Of a stretch of 64,000 nt of DNA, positions 54,574 through 64,000 are shown one piece after another (position 1 is the stretch's first letter; every line of letters begins with the position of its first letter). The position numbers and the translations under genes are program-made. The DNA is from an uncultured Planctomycetota bacterium. Lineage in GTDB: Bacteria > Planctomycetota > Planctomycetia > Isosphaerales > Isosphaeraceae. The stretch covers positions 704,001-768,000 of the forward strand of contig CAWGMQ010000007.1 in the NCBI GenBank assembly GCA_963823665.1, given 5' to 3'. The notes under the pieces were generated by a model that had not been told where the DNA came from, did no database searches, and saw only the letters and a program-made list of their open reading frames with translations.

Positions 54574-55860
54574 ATGACAGAGCGGGCCAGTCGCCTGACG
54601 GGGAAATCAGATCCGGGCGCCAACGCCCCGAACACGGGCGTGACCGAGGAAGTCGAGGTTCGCGGCCACATCGTCGATTCGCTGCTGCTCCCCAAGATCC
54701 TCGATCGCATTCTGCTCATGGGAGGATCGTTCGAGATCCGCGAATGCAAGATCGGCGTTCATCGTGCCGACCCGAGCTACGCCCGCATCGCAATCCAGGC
54801 TGAAAGTCAGGAGACGCTCGACGCGATTCTGGGAGACCTGGTCGAACATGGCGCCTCGGCGATCCACCCCGAAAACGCCGCACTGGTCGCCGCCGACATC
54901 GCCGGTGCATTTCCCGAGGGATTCTACAGCACGACCAATCAGCCGACCCAGATCCGCGTGCAGGGGCGCTGGGTCGACGTTCTCGACCAGGAGATGGATT
55001 GCGGGATCGTCGTCGAGCCGGGAAAAACCAAACCGCGCTGCATTCCCATGAACCGCGTTCTCGTGGGTATGCCGATCGTCGTTGGTCATGCGGGTGTGCG
55101 CGTGCTGCCGGTTGAACGCCCCCGTAACGTGAGCTTGTTCGGCTTCATGAGCTCCACGGTCTCGAGCGAGAAGCCCAAATCGATCAGCGTGAAGACCATT
55201 GTCGACGCCATCCGCGCCACGCGCGCCGAAGGGAAGAAGGTGCTCCTGGTTGGCGGCCCGGCGATCGTGCACACCGGCTCGGCGCGAGAGGTCGCCCGGC
55301 TGATCAGGGAAGGGTGGGTCCAGGTGCTCTTCGCAGGCAATGCGCTGGCCACGCATGACCTCGAGCAGGCCCTCTTTGGCACCAGCCTGGGCGTTTCGCT
55401 GGCCTTGGGCGAGCCGATCGAGCACGGCCACGAGCACCATCTCAGAGCGATCAACACCATCAGACGGGCAGGGGGGATCTCCCAGGCGGTCGAGAAAGGA
55501 GTGATCAAGTCAGGAATCATGTACGAATGCGTCAAGGCGGGGGTGGACGTCGTGCTCGCCGGCTCGATCCGCGACGACGGCCCCCTTCCCGAGGTGATCA
55601 CCGACACGCTCGTCGCCCAGGAGCGCATGCGCGAGGCCATCCGCGACGTCGGCTTCGCGCTCATGATCGCCACCGCGCTTCACTCGATTGCAACCGGCAA
55701 CCTCTTGCCGGCCTGGGTGAAGGTCGTTTGCGTCGATATCAACCCGGCGACCGTGATCAAGCTTGGGGACCGCGGCACGTTTCAGACCATCGGTCTGGTG
55801 ACCGATGTCGAGCCGTTCCTCCGCTCCCTGGCCGCAGAGCTGGCCGAGCAGCCCACCTGA
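54574..55860 (+). CDS. TIGR00300/LOR-SDH family protein (ArgZ/AgrE C-terminal, ornithine cyclodeaminase-like)
   Basis: GHIVDS, FYSTTN, EMDC, FMSSTVSSEK, GNALATHD, LAGSIRDDGPLP, CVDINP..V.KLGDRG. Confidence 0.88.
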   Translation: MTERASRLTGKSDPGANAPNTGVTEEVEVRGHIVDSLLLPKILDRILLMGGSFEIRECKIGVHRADPSYARIAIQAESQETLDAILGDLVEHGASAIHPENAALVAADIAGAFPEGFYSTTNQPTQIRVQGRWVDVLDQEMDCGIVVEPGKTKPRCIPMNRVLVGMPIVVGHAGVRVLPVERPRNVSLFGFMSSTVSSEKPKSISVKTIVDAIRATRAEGKKVLLVGGPAIVHTGSAREVARLIREGWVQVLFAGNALATHDLEQALFGTSLGVSLALGEPIEHGHEHHLRAINTIRRAGGISQAVEKGVIKSGIMYECVKAGVDVVLAGSIRDDGPLPEVITDTLVAQERMREAIRDVGFALMIATALHSIATGNLLPAWVKVVCVDINPATVIKLGDRGTFQTIGLVTDVEPFLRSLAAELAEQPT

Positions 55861-55965
55861 GCAGGACAGAGAACGGAGGACGGAGGATGGACGGCGGATG
55901 GTGGATCAGGCAGGTTCATCGACGACCGCCCGCACGAGCGTACAAAGGAGTCCCGAGCACGCGCC

Positions 55966-56815
55966 ATGCAGCCTGAATCGTCTCCTTGCATCCTGATGTG
56001 CCCTCCTGATTATTTCGGGATCGAGTACGAGATCAACCCCTGGATGAACGTGCACAAGGGGAGTGACGCCGCGCGCCCGGCAGCAGTGGGATTCCCTCCA
56101 CCGCAATCTGCTCGATCTGAACGTCGCCGTTCTTCTGATCGAGCCGGTGAAGGGGTTGCCGGACCTGGTTTTCACGGCCAACTGCGGCCTGGTTTTTGAG
56201 ACTCTCTTCATCAGCTCACGCTTCCGTTACGGCGTGCGCCAGGGCGAAGCGCCTTATTTCGAGCGCTGGGCGGCCGACCGCGGCTTCGAGGTCGTCACCA
56301 TGCCCGATGGCTTCCATTTCGAAGGCGCCGGCGATGCCCTCTTCTGCGGCGAAACCTTGATCGCGGGCTATCGCTTCCGCAGCGACGTCAAGAGCCACCA
56401 TTGGATCGGCGAGCGGATCGGCCGCGAGGTGCTGCCGCTCGAGCTGGTCGACCCGCGATTCTATCATCTCGACACCTGTTTCTGCCCCCTGGCACCCGAC
56501 CTTGCCCTCTATTACCCCGGAGCCTTTGATGAATACGGTATCTCGGTTTTGCGCGACCGGATCTCGCACTTGATCGAGGTCGCGCCCGAGGAGGCAATTT
56601 CCTTTAGCTGCAACGCCGTCGTCGTCGGCCGGACGGTGATCATGAGCGAGGGCGCGCCCAAGCTGGCGGCTGATCTCGAGAAGAGGGGCTACCAGGTTCG
56701 TCCCCTCTGCTTCTCGGAATTCATCAAGTCCGGAGGCAGCGCCAAGTGCCTGACGTTCCGCGTCGACGGCGAAGAGGCCGCGAGCTGGAAACATGAGGGC
56801 GGTGCCGGCCAATGA
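55966..56815 (+). CDS. Amidinotransferase-family enzyme, arginine dihydrolase-like (frameshift ~56070)
   Basis: LMCPPDYFGIEYEINPWM, LPDLVFTAN, FEGAGDAL, FYHLDTCFCPL, EFIKSGGSAKCLT. Confidence 0.85.
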
Positions 56816-56853
56816 AGAGCGTCTTGTTCTTGATGCCTACGGAGGCTATTTAA

Positions 56854-57366
56854 GTGAACGAGGTTTATCTGCTCAGGCATGGGATTGCCGTGGATCCGGG
56901 CTCCTCGGGTATGCCTGACGAAGCCAGGCCGCTCACCGAAAAGGGCATCAAGCGGATGCATCAGATCGCACTCGGACTGCTTGCGCTCGATCTCCAGCTC
57001 GATGCGATCGTCACCAGCCCGCTCGTCCGCGCCAGGGAGACAGCCGAGATCGTTGCCGATGCCCTGGGACTCTCCGATCAGCTCGAGACATCGAACGTGC
57101 TGGCGACCGGCTCTGACCCCGCCACGATCGAGCGCTGGCTGCGCAGCCGGGCCGAGTCGCGCTTGATGCTTGTCGGCCATAATCCCACGCTCTCCGAGCT
57201 GGTCTCGCTCATGGTAGCCGGCTCCAGGAGGTCGCCGATCTGCGATCTGAAGAAGGGGGGAATCGCGGCGCTGGCGCGCACCCAGGGATCTTCGGGCCTT
57301 TACCAGCTCTGCTGGCTGGCGCCGCCGCGGCTGTTGCGCCGGAAGGGCGGCGCGGCGGATGATTGA
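56854..57366 (+). CDS. sixA: Phosphohistidine phosphatase
   Basis: LLRHGIA, RPLTEKG, SPLVRARETA, VGHNP, LKKGG. Confidence 0.9.
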   Translation: MNEVYLLRHGIAVDPGSSGMPDEARPLTEKGIKRMHQIALGLLALDLQLDAIVTSPLVRARETAEIVADALGLSDQLETSNVLATGSDPATIERWLRSRAESRLMLVGHNPTLSELVSLMVAGSRRSPICDLKKGGIAALARTQGSSGLYQLCWLAPPRLLRRKGGAADD

Positions 57367-57382
57367 ACGGGAGCATACCTTC

Positions 57383-59577
57383 TCAGGTGCTTCCGATCGT
57401 ACTGACAGGCGGCCCCGCGGCGTGACTGATCGGGCTCGTCTCGCAGAGCTCAAGCGCCATGTTCTGGAACTCGAGCTGCGAGCGGATGCTCGGACTCCCC
57501 GGAGGCGCTGGAGGCACCCGGCGGTAGGTGCCGTCGGAGTGAAGCTCTCGGGCCTTGACGTTGTCGGCGAGAACGACGCCCAGGATGCCGTCGAAGAGTC
57601 GGCGCTTGAGCTGGGGGTCTTCAATCGGGAACATGATCTCGACGCGGCGCCGAAAGTTTCGCGGCATCCAGTCAGCCGAGGCGAGGAAGATCTCCGGGTT
57701 CTCGCCGTTCTGGAAATAAGTGATCCGCGAATGCTCGAGGTACTTGTCGACGATGCTGATGACGCGGATGTTCTCCGACACGCCCGGCACGCCCGGCCGC
57801 AGGCAGCAGGTTCCGCGGATGACCAGATCGATCCGAACCCCGGCCTGCGAGGCGCGATACAGCATGGAAATGATCTGGGAGTCGACGAGTGAGTTCAGCT
57901 TGGCGATGATCCGCGCCGGCTTGCCCGCCTCGGCATGGGCTCGCTCTCGCTCAATGAGCGCCGCCAGCCTGTTCGCCAGATGGGCCGGTGCGACGATCAA
58001 CTTGTTCCAGTGCGTGCTCTGGGAGTAGCCCGTCAGCAGGTTGAAGAGGGCGCTTGCATCTTCGCCGAACTCGCGGTTGCACGTGAAGAAGCTGAGATCG
58101 GTATACGTGCGGGCTGTCGTGGGGTTGTAGTTGCCGGTCGCCAGGTGCACGTAACGGCGGATGCCGTCATGCTCCCGGCGCACGACCAGTGACGCTTTGC
58201 AATGGGTCTTGAGGCCGACGATTCCGTAAACGACGTGAACGCCCGCCTTCTGGAGCATGCGGGCCTTGTCGATGTTGTTTTCCTCGTCGAGCCGCGCTTG
58301 CAGCTCGACGAGCGCCGTCACCTGCTTGCCATTTTCAGCCGCGCGCGCAGCGCCGTGATGATCGGGTTGGCGTCGGCCGTCCGGTAAAGCGTCATCTTGA
58401 TGGCCAGCGCCTGCGTATCTTCCGAGGCCTGTTCGATAAACTGCACCACCGATCCGAACGCCTCGTAAGGATGATGAACCAGGATGTCGTGGTCGCGAAT
58501 GGCGGAGAAGATGTTCTTCCGTTTCGCGAGCGCGCCGGGCATCTGCGGCTCGAACGGCGGTTCTTTCAGATCGCGAAAGCCCTCCAGCTTGCAGAGGGCT
58601 ACTAAAGCGGTCAGATCCACCGGGCCCGGCACGCGATAGACGTCGCGCGGCTCGAGCTCGAGCGCCGACGTGGAGAGAAGCTGCGACAGCAAGTCGTCAT
58701 CGGCCCGATCCGAGATCTCCAGTCGCACCGCCTCTCCCCACTTGCGCTGGCGCAGGGTCTCTTCGATGGTCGAGAGCAAGCTGCTCTTCACCTCATTTTC
58801 GAGGATCGTCAGGTCGCTGTTCCGGGTGACGCGGAACGCAACGTGCTCGGTGGTCCGATATCCGCCGAAAAGAGCGTCGAGCCGCGGGCCGATCACGTCT
58901 TCCAGCAGCACGAATCTCGTCTGGCCATCGGCTTCATCCGGCAGCGGGACCAGGCGGTTGATCACCGAGGGAACCTGCAGCACGGCGTACAAGGACCGGG
59001 TATTGGGCTTGTTCTGCTCGATCCTCAGTACCAGATTCAGGCTCTTGTTGTGCACGTGAGGAAACGGATGGGCCGGGTCAATCGCCAGCGGCGTGAGCAC
59101 CGGGTAGACCTGGGTGTCGAAATACTCGTCCAGGAAGCGGGTCTGCGAGTCCGTCAGCTCCTGCGCCTCGCACAGCCGGATGCCGTGTTTGAGCAGCTCG
59201 GGGCGGATCTCGAGGCGCCACACTTCGTACAAGCGCGTGACGAAGTCATGCGCTCTCCGGCTGATTTCCAGGAGCTGCGCCAGCGATCCCATGCCGTCCG
59301 ACGGCGGATCCTGCGGCTCGAGGTTCTCGTAAAGCTGCGCCTGCAAGCCGGCCACCCGCACCTCGAAGAACTCGTCGAGATTCGATGCACAGATCGCCAG
59401 GAAGCGCAGTCGTTCCAGCAGCGGGTTCGATGGGTCGCGCGCTTCCTCGAGCACTCGCTCGTTGAAGTCAAGCCACGAGAGCTCGCGATTGATGAATAAG
59501 CTCGGGTCGAGCACCGCTGGCGCCGGTGTGGCAGCGCCGGCAGTGACGGGTGGGCCGTTTTGTTGATTGAGCGCCAT
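57383..59577 (-). CDS. ppk1: Polyphosphate kinase 1 (frameshift ~58345)
   Basis: NRELSWLDFNERVL, NLDEFFEVRVAG, HHPY, IKMTLYRT, GLKTHCK, TGNYN, LEHSRI, SADWMPRN. Confidence 0.95.
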
Positions 59578-59647
59578 GAAAAATTGCCTCGCGGCGGTGT
59601 CGTCCCGTTCTCCGGGCCTCTATCCCGGAACCCGGTGTTCCGCGGAA

Positions 59648-60574
59648 CTAGCCCTGGCGTTCCCGGGAACGACTGCGCCTGACGAGCTCTCGCAGAGTTC
59701 TCAGGTTGCGGAGATCCAGGTCTTCGCCTTCTTCGACTCCCTTGGGCGTTTCCAGAATCATCGGCAGGTGGCGGAATCGTGGGTCATTGACCAGGTGCCG
59801 GAACGGCTCCAGCCCCATCTGGCCGGCGCCGATGCCCGCGTGGCGGTCAACCCGGCTGCCGCACTCGCGGCAGCTATCGTTCAAGTGCCACGCGCGCAGG
59901 CGGCCCAGGCCCACGAACCCTAGAAGCTGCTCGATCGTTTCATCGTACTCCTCCTTGCTCGCCAGGGAATAGCCTGCCGCGAAAATATGGCAGGTGTCCA
60001 CGCAGACGCCCAGGCGCTCAGGTTCGCCCACGCGCTCGAGAATATCGCGCAGGTGCTCGAAACGATAGCCCAGGTTCGTTCCCTGGCCGGCCGTCGTCTC
60101 GAGGTCAATCATCACGCCCAGACCCTTGGTACGACGGTGCACCTTGTCGAGGCCTTTCGCAATCCGAATCACCCCGCGCTTCTCCCCGGCCCCCATGTGC
60201 GCGCCGGGATGCACCACCAGATCGGGAATTCCCAGCGCCTCGCACCGCTCGACCTCCACCGCCAGCGCCTCGATCGATTTCTCCCACAACCCGCCGTCCG
60301 GGCTCGCCAGGTTGATCAAATACGAGGTGTGGGCGACCGGATCGGTCACCCCCGTCTCCTCGAGCGCCGTTCGAAACGCCGCCACGTGTTCATCGCGAAT
60401 CGCGGGCGCGTTCCACTGGTTGTTGTTCTTGGTAAAGAGCTGCACGGTCTCGAACCCCACCGTCTGAGCAGCCCGGACGGCCCGGTCGCAGCCCCCCGCG
60501 ATCGACATGTGTGAGCCGAACGTGCGCTTCGATCGCCCTGACCCGCCGGCCGCCTTGGTCGCCTTTGCCATCAT
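59648..60574 (-). CDS. nfo: Endonuclease IV
   Basis: GSHMSIAGG, HTSYLINLAS, VHPG, LETTAGQG, DTCH, HLNDS, DRH, ILETP. Confidence 0.95.
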   Translation of the reverse strand: MMAKATKAAGGSGRSKRTFGSHMSIAGGCDRAVRAAQTVGFETVQLFTKNNNQWNAPAIRDEHVAAFRTALEETGVTDPVAHTSYLINLASPDGGLWEKSIEALAVEVERCEALGIPDLVVHPGAHMGAGEKRGVIRIAKGLDKVHRRTKGLGVMIDLETTAGQGTNLGYRFEHLRDILERVGEPERLGVCVDTCHIFAAGYSLASKEEYDETIEQLLGFVGLGRLRAWHLNDSCRECGSRVDRHAGIGAGQMGLEPFRHLVNDPRFRHLPMILETPKGVEEGEDLDLRNLRTLRELVRRSRSRERQG

Positions 60575-60775
60575 TTCATCGGACCTGTGTGTCGAATATT
60601 GCCCGATCGCGAGGATGCGAATTCACTGGTGCCGCGTGGCCTGAGCCTTCTTGAGCACACAACATGTCTCATTGTAATAAAAGTCACCATGGTCCGTTAC
60701 TTGCAGGGTACGATGATTCGACCCTACAATGAGGAAGTCGCAATCCACTCCAGGGAGTCAGGTGGGGAGTCGACC

Positions 60776-61213
60776 ATGGCTTTGTTGATCGCCACGGGAG
60801 TGCTGACCGGATGTTTCCTCGCCGCCTGGGCGGTCCTGAGGCGGCCTGTTCGTCGAATGGTCGAGGACGTGCGAATCGAGCACGCCCGCGCGCTCTTTCA
60901 CCGCAATCGCGAACGGCTGGAAGCGCGCTTCATCTCCGCACTCGAACGAACGGACCCCGCGGCCAGCGAGATGTGGGAATCGGCCAACTGGCACGACGAC
61001 GTTCTCTGGGCGCGCGACCGCCAGACGCATCATCTGCTCGCCCTGACCTGCGTCGACTTCGAGCCCGAGCCTTTCGAGTTCTCACCCGAGCGACGCCACG
61101 CCACCGCCATCTTCGAGTTCCATAGCGGTCATTGGTGCGCCCAGGGCAAGCACCTTGACGAGCTGCGCCCGGACGAAGCCATTGATCTGTTCCGACGATT
61201 CGAAACCGTGTAG
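60776..61213 (+). CDS. Hypothetical membrane-anchored protein
   Basis: GGGGAG RBS; N-terminal TM; FHRNRERLEARF, ATAIFEF. Confidence 0.65.
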   Translation: MALLIATGVLTGCFLAAWAVLRRPVRRMVEDVRIEHARALFHRNRERLEARFISALERTDPAASEMWESANWHDDVLWARDRQTHHLLALTCVDFEPEPFEFSPERRHATAIFEFHSGHWCAQGKHLDELRPDEAIDLFRRFETV

Positions 61214-61272
61214 GGTCCGTCGTTGCGGACCGTTCTCGGTTGCGGACCACTCGTTTTGCACATCGTCCGCGG

Positions 61273-62577
61273 ATGAATTTGACGCTCGAACAAATCGCCG
61301 AACTGGCCCCGGACCCCTCGGCCGCCGCCGCCGGCAAATCCCTGTCGGCCGCCAAGCACTGGCCCGAGCTCGGCCGGTCTGAAACCGCCCTCTGGGGCAA
61401 GTGCCAGGGAAGCACCGTGTACCAGGTGAAGGTCGACTTGGTCCAGATCGCGTACAATTGCACCTGCCCCAGCCGCAAGTTCCCCTGCAAGCACGTCCTC
61501 GGCGTCCTCATGCTCGCCGCGCAATCTCCCGAGCACGTCAAACCCGGCGACCCGCCCGAATGGGTCGCCGAATGGCTCGAGAAACGGCGAGCCCGCGAAG
61601 AGAAGGTCGCGGCGCCCGCCGCCGACAAACCTGTTGCCGACGCGAAGGCAAAGCAGCGCCGCTCCGACGAACGCGCCAGAAAGGTCCAGGACGGTCTGGA
61701 ACGGCTCGATCTCTGGCTCAAAGACGCGGTCCGCGCGGGTGTGCTCGACCTGGCCGCCAAACCGGCATCGGCATGGGAAGAGCAAGCCAAGCGGCTGGTC
61801 GACGCCCAGGCGCCAGGACTTGCGGCCCGGGTTGCTCGCCTCGCTTCTCTGCCCCAATCGTCTCCCGACTCGGTCCCGCGTCTTCTGGGCGAGCTCGGGC
61901 GGATCAAACTCCTGTTGCACGCCTATGGCCACATCGATCAGATCGAGCCGTCTCTGGCAAGCGAGATCCGCCAGATGCTCGGCTGGAACGTCACGCAGGA
62001 AGTGCTCGAGCGCGAAGGCCAGCAAGTCGCCGATAGATGGATTGTGGCCGGCCAGTGGGATGACGACGGCGATCGATTCGTCAGCAGGCGCTCGTGGCTG
62101 ATCGGCCGGCGAACCGGCCGCATGGCGTTGATGTTGCAGTTCAGCGCGGCGCGCCAGCCGTTCGATGAGTCCATCATCACGGGGATCGAGCAGGAAGCGA
62201 CCCTGCTCTTCTATCCCGGCGCCTCGGCTCACCGCGCGAGGTTCCTGACTCGCGAAGGCGCACCCTCCGCCGTCCGCGACCGGCTTCCCGGCCACGAAAC
62301 GCTCGGCGACTTCCTGACCGGAGTCGCCGATTCGCTCGCGCGTCAGCCCTGGCTGAGCGCCTTCGGAGCCGTGTTGCGCGACGTTTCGATCACTCGAGCC
62401 CGCGACTCCTGGTGGATCTGCGACAAGGAATCGAAGGCTTTGCCGCTGCTGGGCCAGAACCACTGGAGAGCGATGGCCTTGACTGGCGGTCATCTGTCCG
62501 ACCTTGCCGTGGAATGGGACGGCCAATCGATTCGTATCCTGGGTGGGCTCGTCGCGGGCCGCTACTGGAGCTTTTGA
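61273..62577 (+). CDS. SWIM zinc finger protein
   Basis: LAPD, WGKCQGS, CTCPSRKFPCKH, RLVDAQAPGLA. Confidence 0.9.
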   Translation: MNLTLEQIAELAPDPSAAAAGKSLSAAKHWPELGRSETALWGKCQGSTVYQVKVDLVQIAYNCTCPSRKFPCKHVLGVLMLAAQSPEHVKPGDPPEWVAEWLEKRRAREEKVAAPAADKPVADAKAKQRRSDERARKVQDGLERLDLWLKDAVRAGVLDLAAKPASAWEEQAKRLVDAQAPGLAARVARLASLPQSSPDSVPRLLGELGRIKLLLHAYGHIDQIEPSLASEIRQMLGWNVTQEVLEREGQQVADRWIVAGQWDDDGDRFVSRRSWLIGRRTGRMALMLQFSAARQPFDESIITGIEQEATLLFYPGASAHRARFLTREGAPSAVRDRLPGHETLGDFLTGVADSLARQPWLSAFGAVLRDVSITRARDSWWICDKESKALPLLGQNHWRAMALTGGHLSDLAVEWDGQSIRILGGLVAGRYWSF

Positions 62578-64000
62578 TGGACGAGCTCACCAAGGTCGCC
62601 CTGCTCGGAACGTCCCGATACTCCGGCCCCATCCCCACCGGCGATCACCCCGCCGCCTCGCTTGTCGCGGGCGGCGCCTCCGGCGACCGGGAAGAATTGC
62701 TCTTGCTAGCCTGCGGCGCACAGGCCGTCTATGCTCTCGCCGGGCGTCTCCCCGAAATGGGCATTGAGCCCGGTGTTCCAGCCCTCGAAGAGACGAAAAA
62801 GCCGGCATCGCGCAAACTGGCCGCCCTCCTGGAGAGTGCTGTTGCGGAGCAAGGCGATACGCTCCTGCTCGAATTCCTGAAGCTCATGGATGGGCGTGGT
62901 GTCGTGCTTCCCCCCGACCTGCTTCCCCGGCTGCTCGAAACCAAAGACGCGGAGCTTCGCCGGCGATTGACCCCGATTCTCGGCGAGCGCGGAGCATGGC
63001 TCTGCCGGCAGAATTCCGACTGGGCGCATTTCGTCAAAGCGGCGGCCGATCGCCCCGATGCCGATATGAACGAGCTCAAACGCATCTGGGACGAAGGGAC
63101 GATCGAAGAACGCTGTCAAGCAATCGAGACACTTCGTCAACTCGACCCTTCGCTTGCTCGCGAGTGGGTTGAAGAAGCCTTGCCGAAGGAAAAACACGGC
63201 AATCGCATGAAGCTGCTGAAAACGTTTCGAACCGGCCTCGACCCAGCCGACGAGCCGTTCTTCGAGCGATGTCTCGACGATCGCAGCCCGGCCGTCGGGC
63301 AAACCGCCGCGAGCTTCCTGTGCCATCTGCCCGACTCTGCGCTCGCCCAGCGGATGCGCAACCGCGCCGCCGGGCTGTTCACGATCGAGAAAAAAGGTCT
63401 GGCGCCCAAGGAATCCAAGCTCGTTTGCACGCCTCCCTCGGAGCTCGAGCCCGACTGGGAGCGCGACGGCTTCAAGAAGAAGGCGGCCGAAGGCGAGGGT
63501 CTGCGCGCCTCGTGGGCCGAGCATCTGGTCGCCTCTGTTCCGCCTTCGTTCTGGGCGAACCAGCTCGGGCTCGAGCCGGCCGAGCTCATGGCCGCCGTGG
63601 CCGACGATCCCTTTGCTGAGTCAGTGATTTCCGGGTGGAGAATCGCCACATTTCGTTTCGACCAACCGTCGCCCGCGTGGCTCGGGGCCCTTTGGCAGTA
63701 TTATTCCGAATCGCTTGCGAAAGTTGAGAACCACACGACCCTTGGCGTGACAGTTCGGCACCGCGACTCCGCCGTTGTCCTGATGGAAGGTCTTCTACAC
63801 GCAATGCCGCCCGACGTCGCCGAAGCAGCACTGGCAAAAGCATTCGAGCCAGCGCCGCCCTGGCGAGACGGTGAAGCCCTCAGGCTGCTCGCGAGATGGC
63901 CGCGGCCCTGGAGCGTCCGGTTCGGCACATGGTTTCTGGCGAAAGCGCGATCCCGGCTGGAAAGTCACAGCGACGAGGCGGCCCACCGCTGGGCACTCGC
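62577..64000 (+). CDS. DUF5691-like helical protein, 3'-truncated by window
   Basis: TGATG coupling with the SWIM gene; MDELTKVALLGT, LGERGAWL, LDDRS..V..AA..L..LPDSAL; frame open where checked and absent from the ORF track, consistent with no stop before the window end. Confidence 0.75.
   Translation, partial: MDELTKVALLGTSRYSGPIPTGDHPAASLVAGGASGDREELLLLACGAQAVYALAGRLPEMGIEPGVPALEETKKPASRKLAALLESAVAEQGDTLLLEFLKLMDGRGVVLPPDLLPRLLETKDAELRRRLTPILGERGAWLCRQNSDWAHFVKAAADRPDADMNELKRIWDEGTIEERCQAIETLRQLDPSLAREWVEEALPKEKHGNRMKLLKTFRTGLDPADEPFFERCLDDRSPAVGQTAASFLCHLPDSALAQRMRNRAAGLFTIEKKGLAPKESKLVCTPPSELEPDWERDGFKKKAAEGEGLRASWAEHLVASVPPSFWANQLGLEPAELMAAVADDPFAESVISGWRIATFRFDQPSPAWLGALWQYYSESLAKVENHTTLGVTVRHRDSAVVLMEGLLHAMPPDVAEAALAKAFEPAPPWRDGEALRLLARWPRPWSVRFGTWFLAKARSRLESHSDEAAHRWAL

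Noticed and set aside
55861..55910. GGA(C/T)GG-rich short repeats
   Set aside because: Short low-complexity intergenic tract with no partner or structure seen.
13624..59577. Numerous frameshifts suggesting mass pseudogenisation or programmed frameshifting
   Set aside because: Single-base indels hit conserved genes (ppk1, nikO, amidinotransferase) with intact motifs on both sides and no common slippery site; sequencing error is the simplest explanation.

Overview
High-GC bacterial DNA, very probably from a Planctomycete (Isosphaeraceae/Singulisphaera-like). The clues are LEPR-XLL/Planc_extracel-type proteins and repeated ECF sigma factor + Ser/Thr kinase (WD40/TPR) modules. More than 20 single-base frameshifts, including one in ppk1, look like uncorrected long-read errors, so most split ORFs are treated as single genes. 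In order: the TPR tail of a kinase; four Gly-rich beta-helix surface proteins surrounding a small stand-alone double-glycine-leader peptide gene (core LNPQPLPP...); a pair of repeat-extended SPFH genes; a YegS-like kinase; a methyltransferase; an in-frame fusion of a subclass B3 metallo-beta-lactamase with a serine beta-lactamase-like hydrolase; GTAG-type REP palindromes; an AEP primase-helicase-DUF559 protein; a decayed VapBC; HD-GYP; four kinases, three of them with ECF sigma factors; a NikR-box-controlled NikMNQO transporter; pdxH; VIT-vWA; a ~480-bp duplication with complementary nucleotidyltransferase fragments; a split ArgZ/AgrE-like arginine catabolism pair; sixA; ppk1; nfo; and the start of a SWIM/DUF5691 locus. 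No rRNA, tRNA, CRISPR array or intact transposase was seen. The best novelty candidates are the peptide/adhesin cluster, the B3-serine hydrolase fusion, the ECF promoter/sigma co-variation and the SPFH pair. All family assignments come from motif recognition by eye, not database searches.
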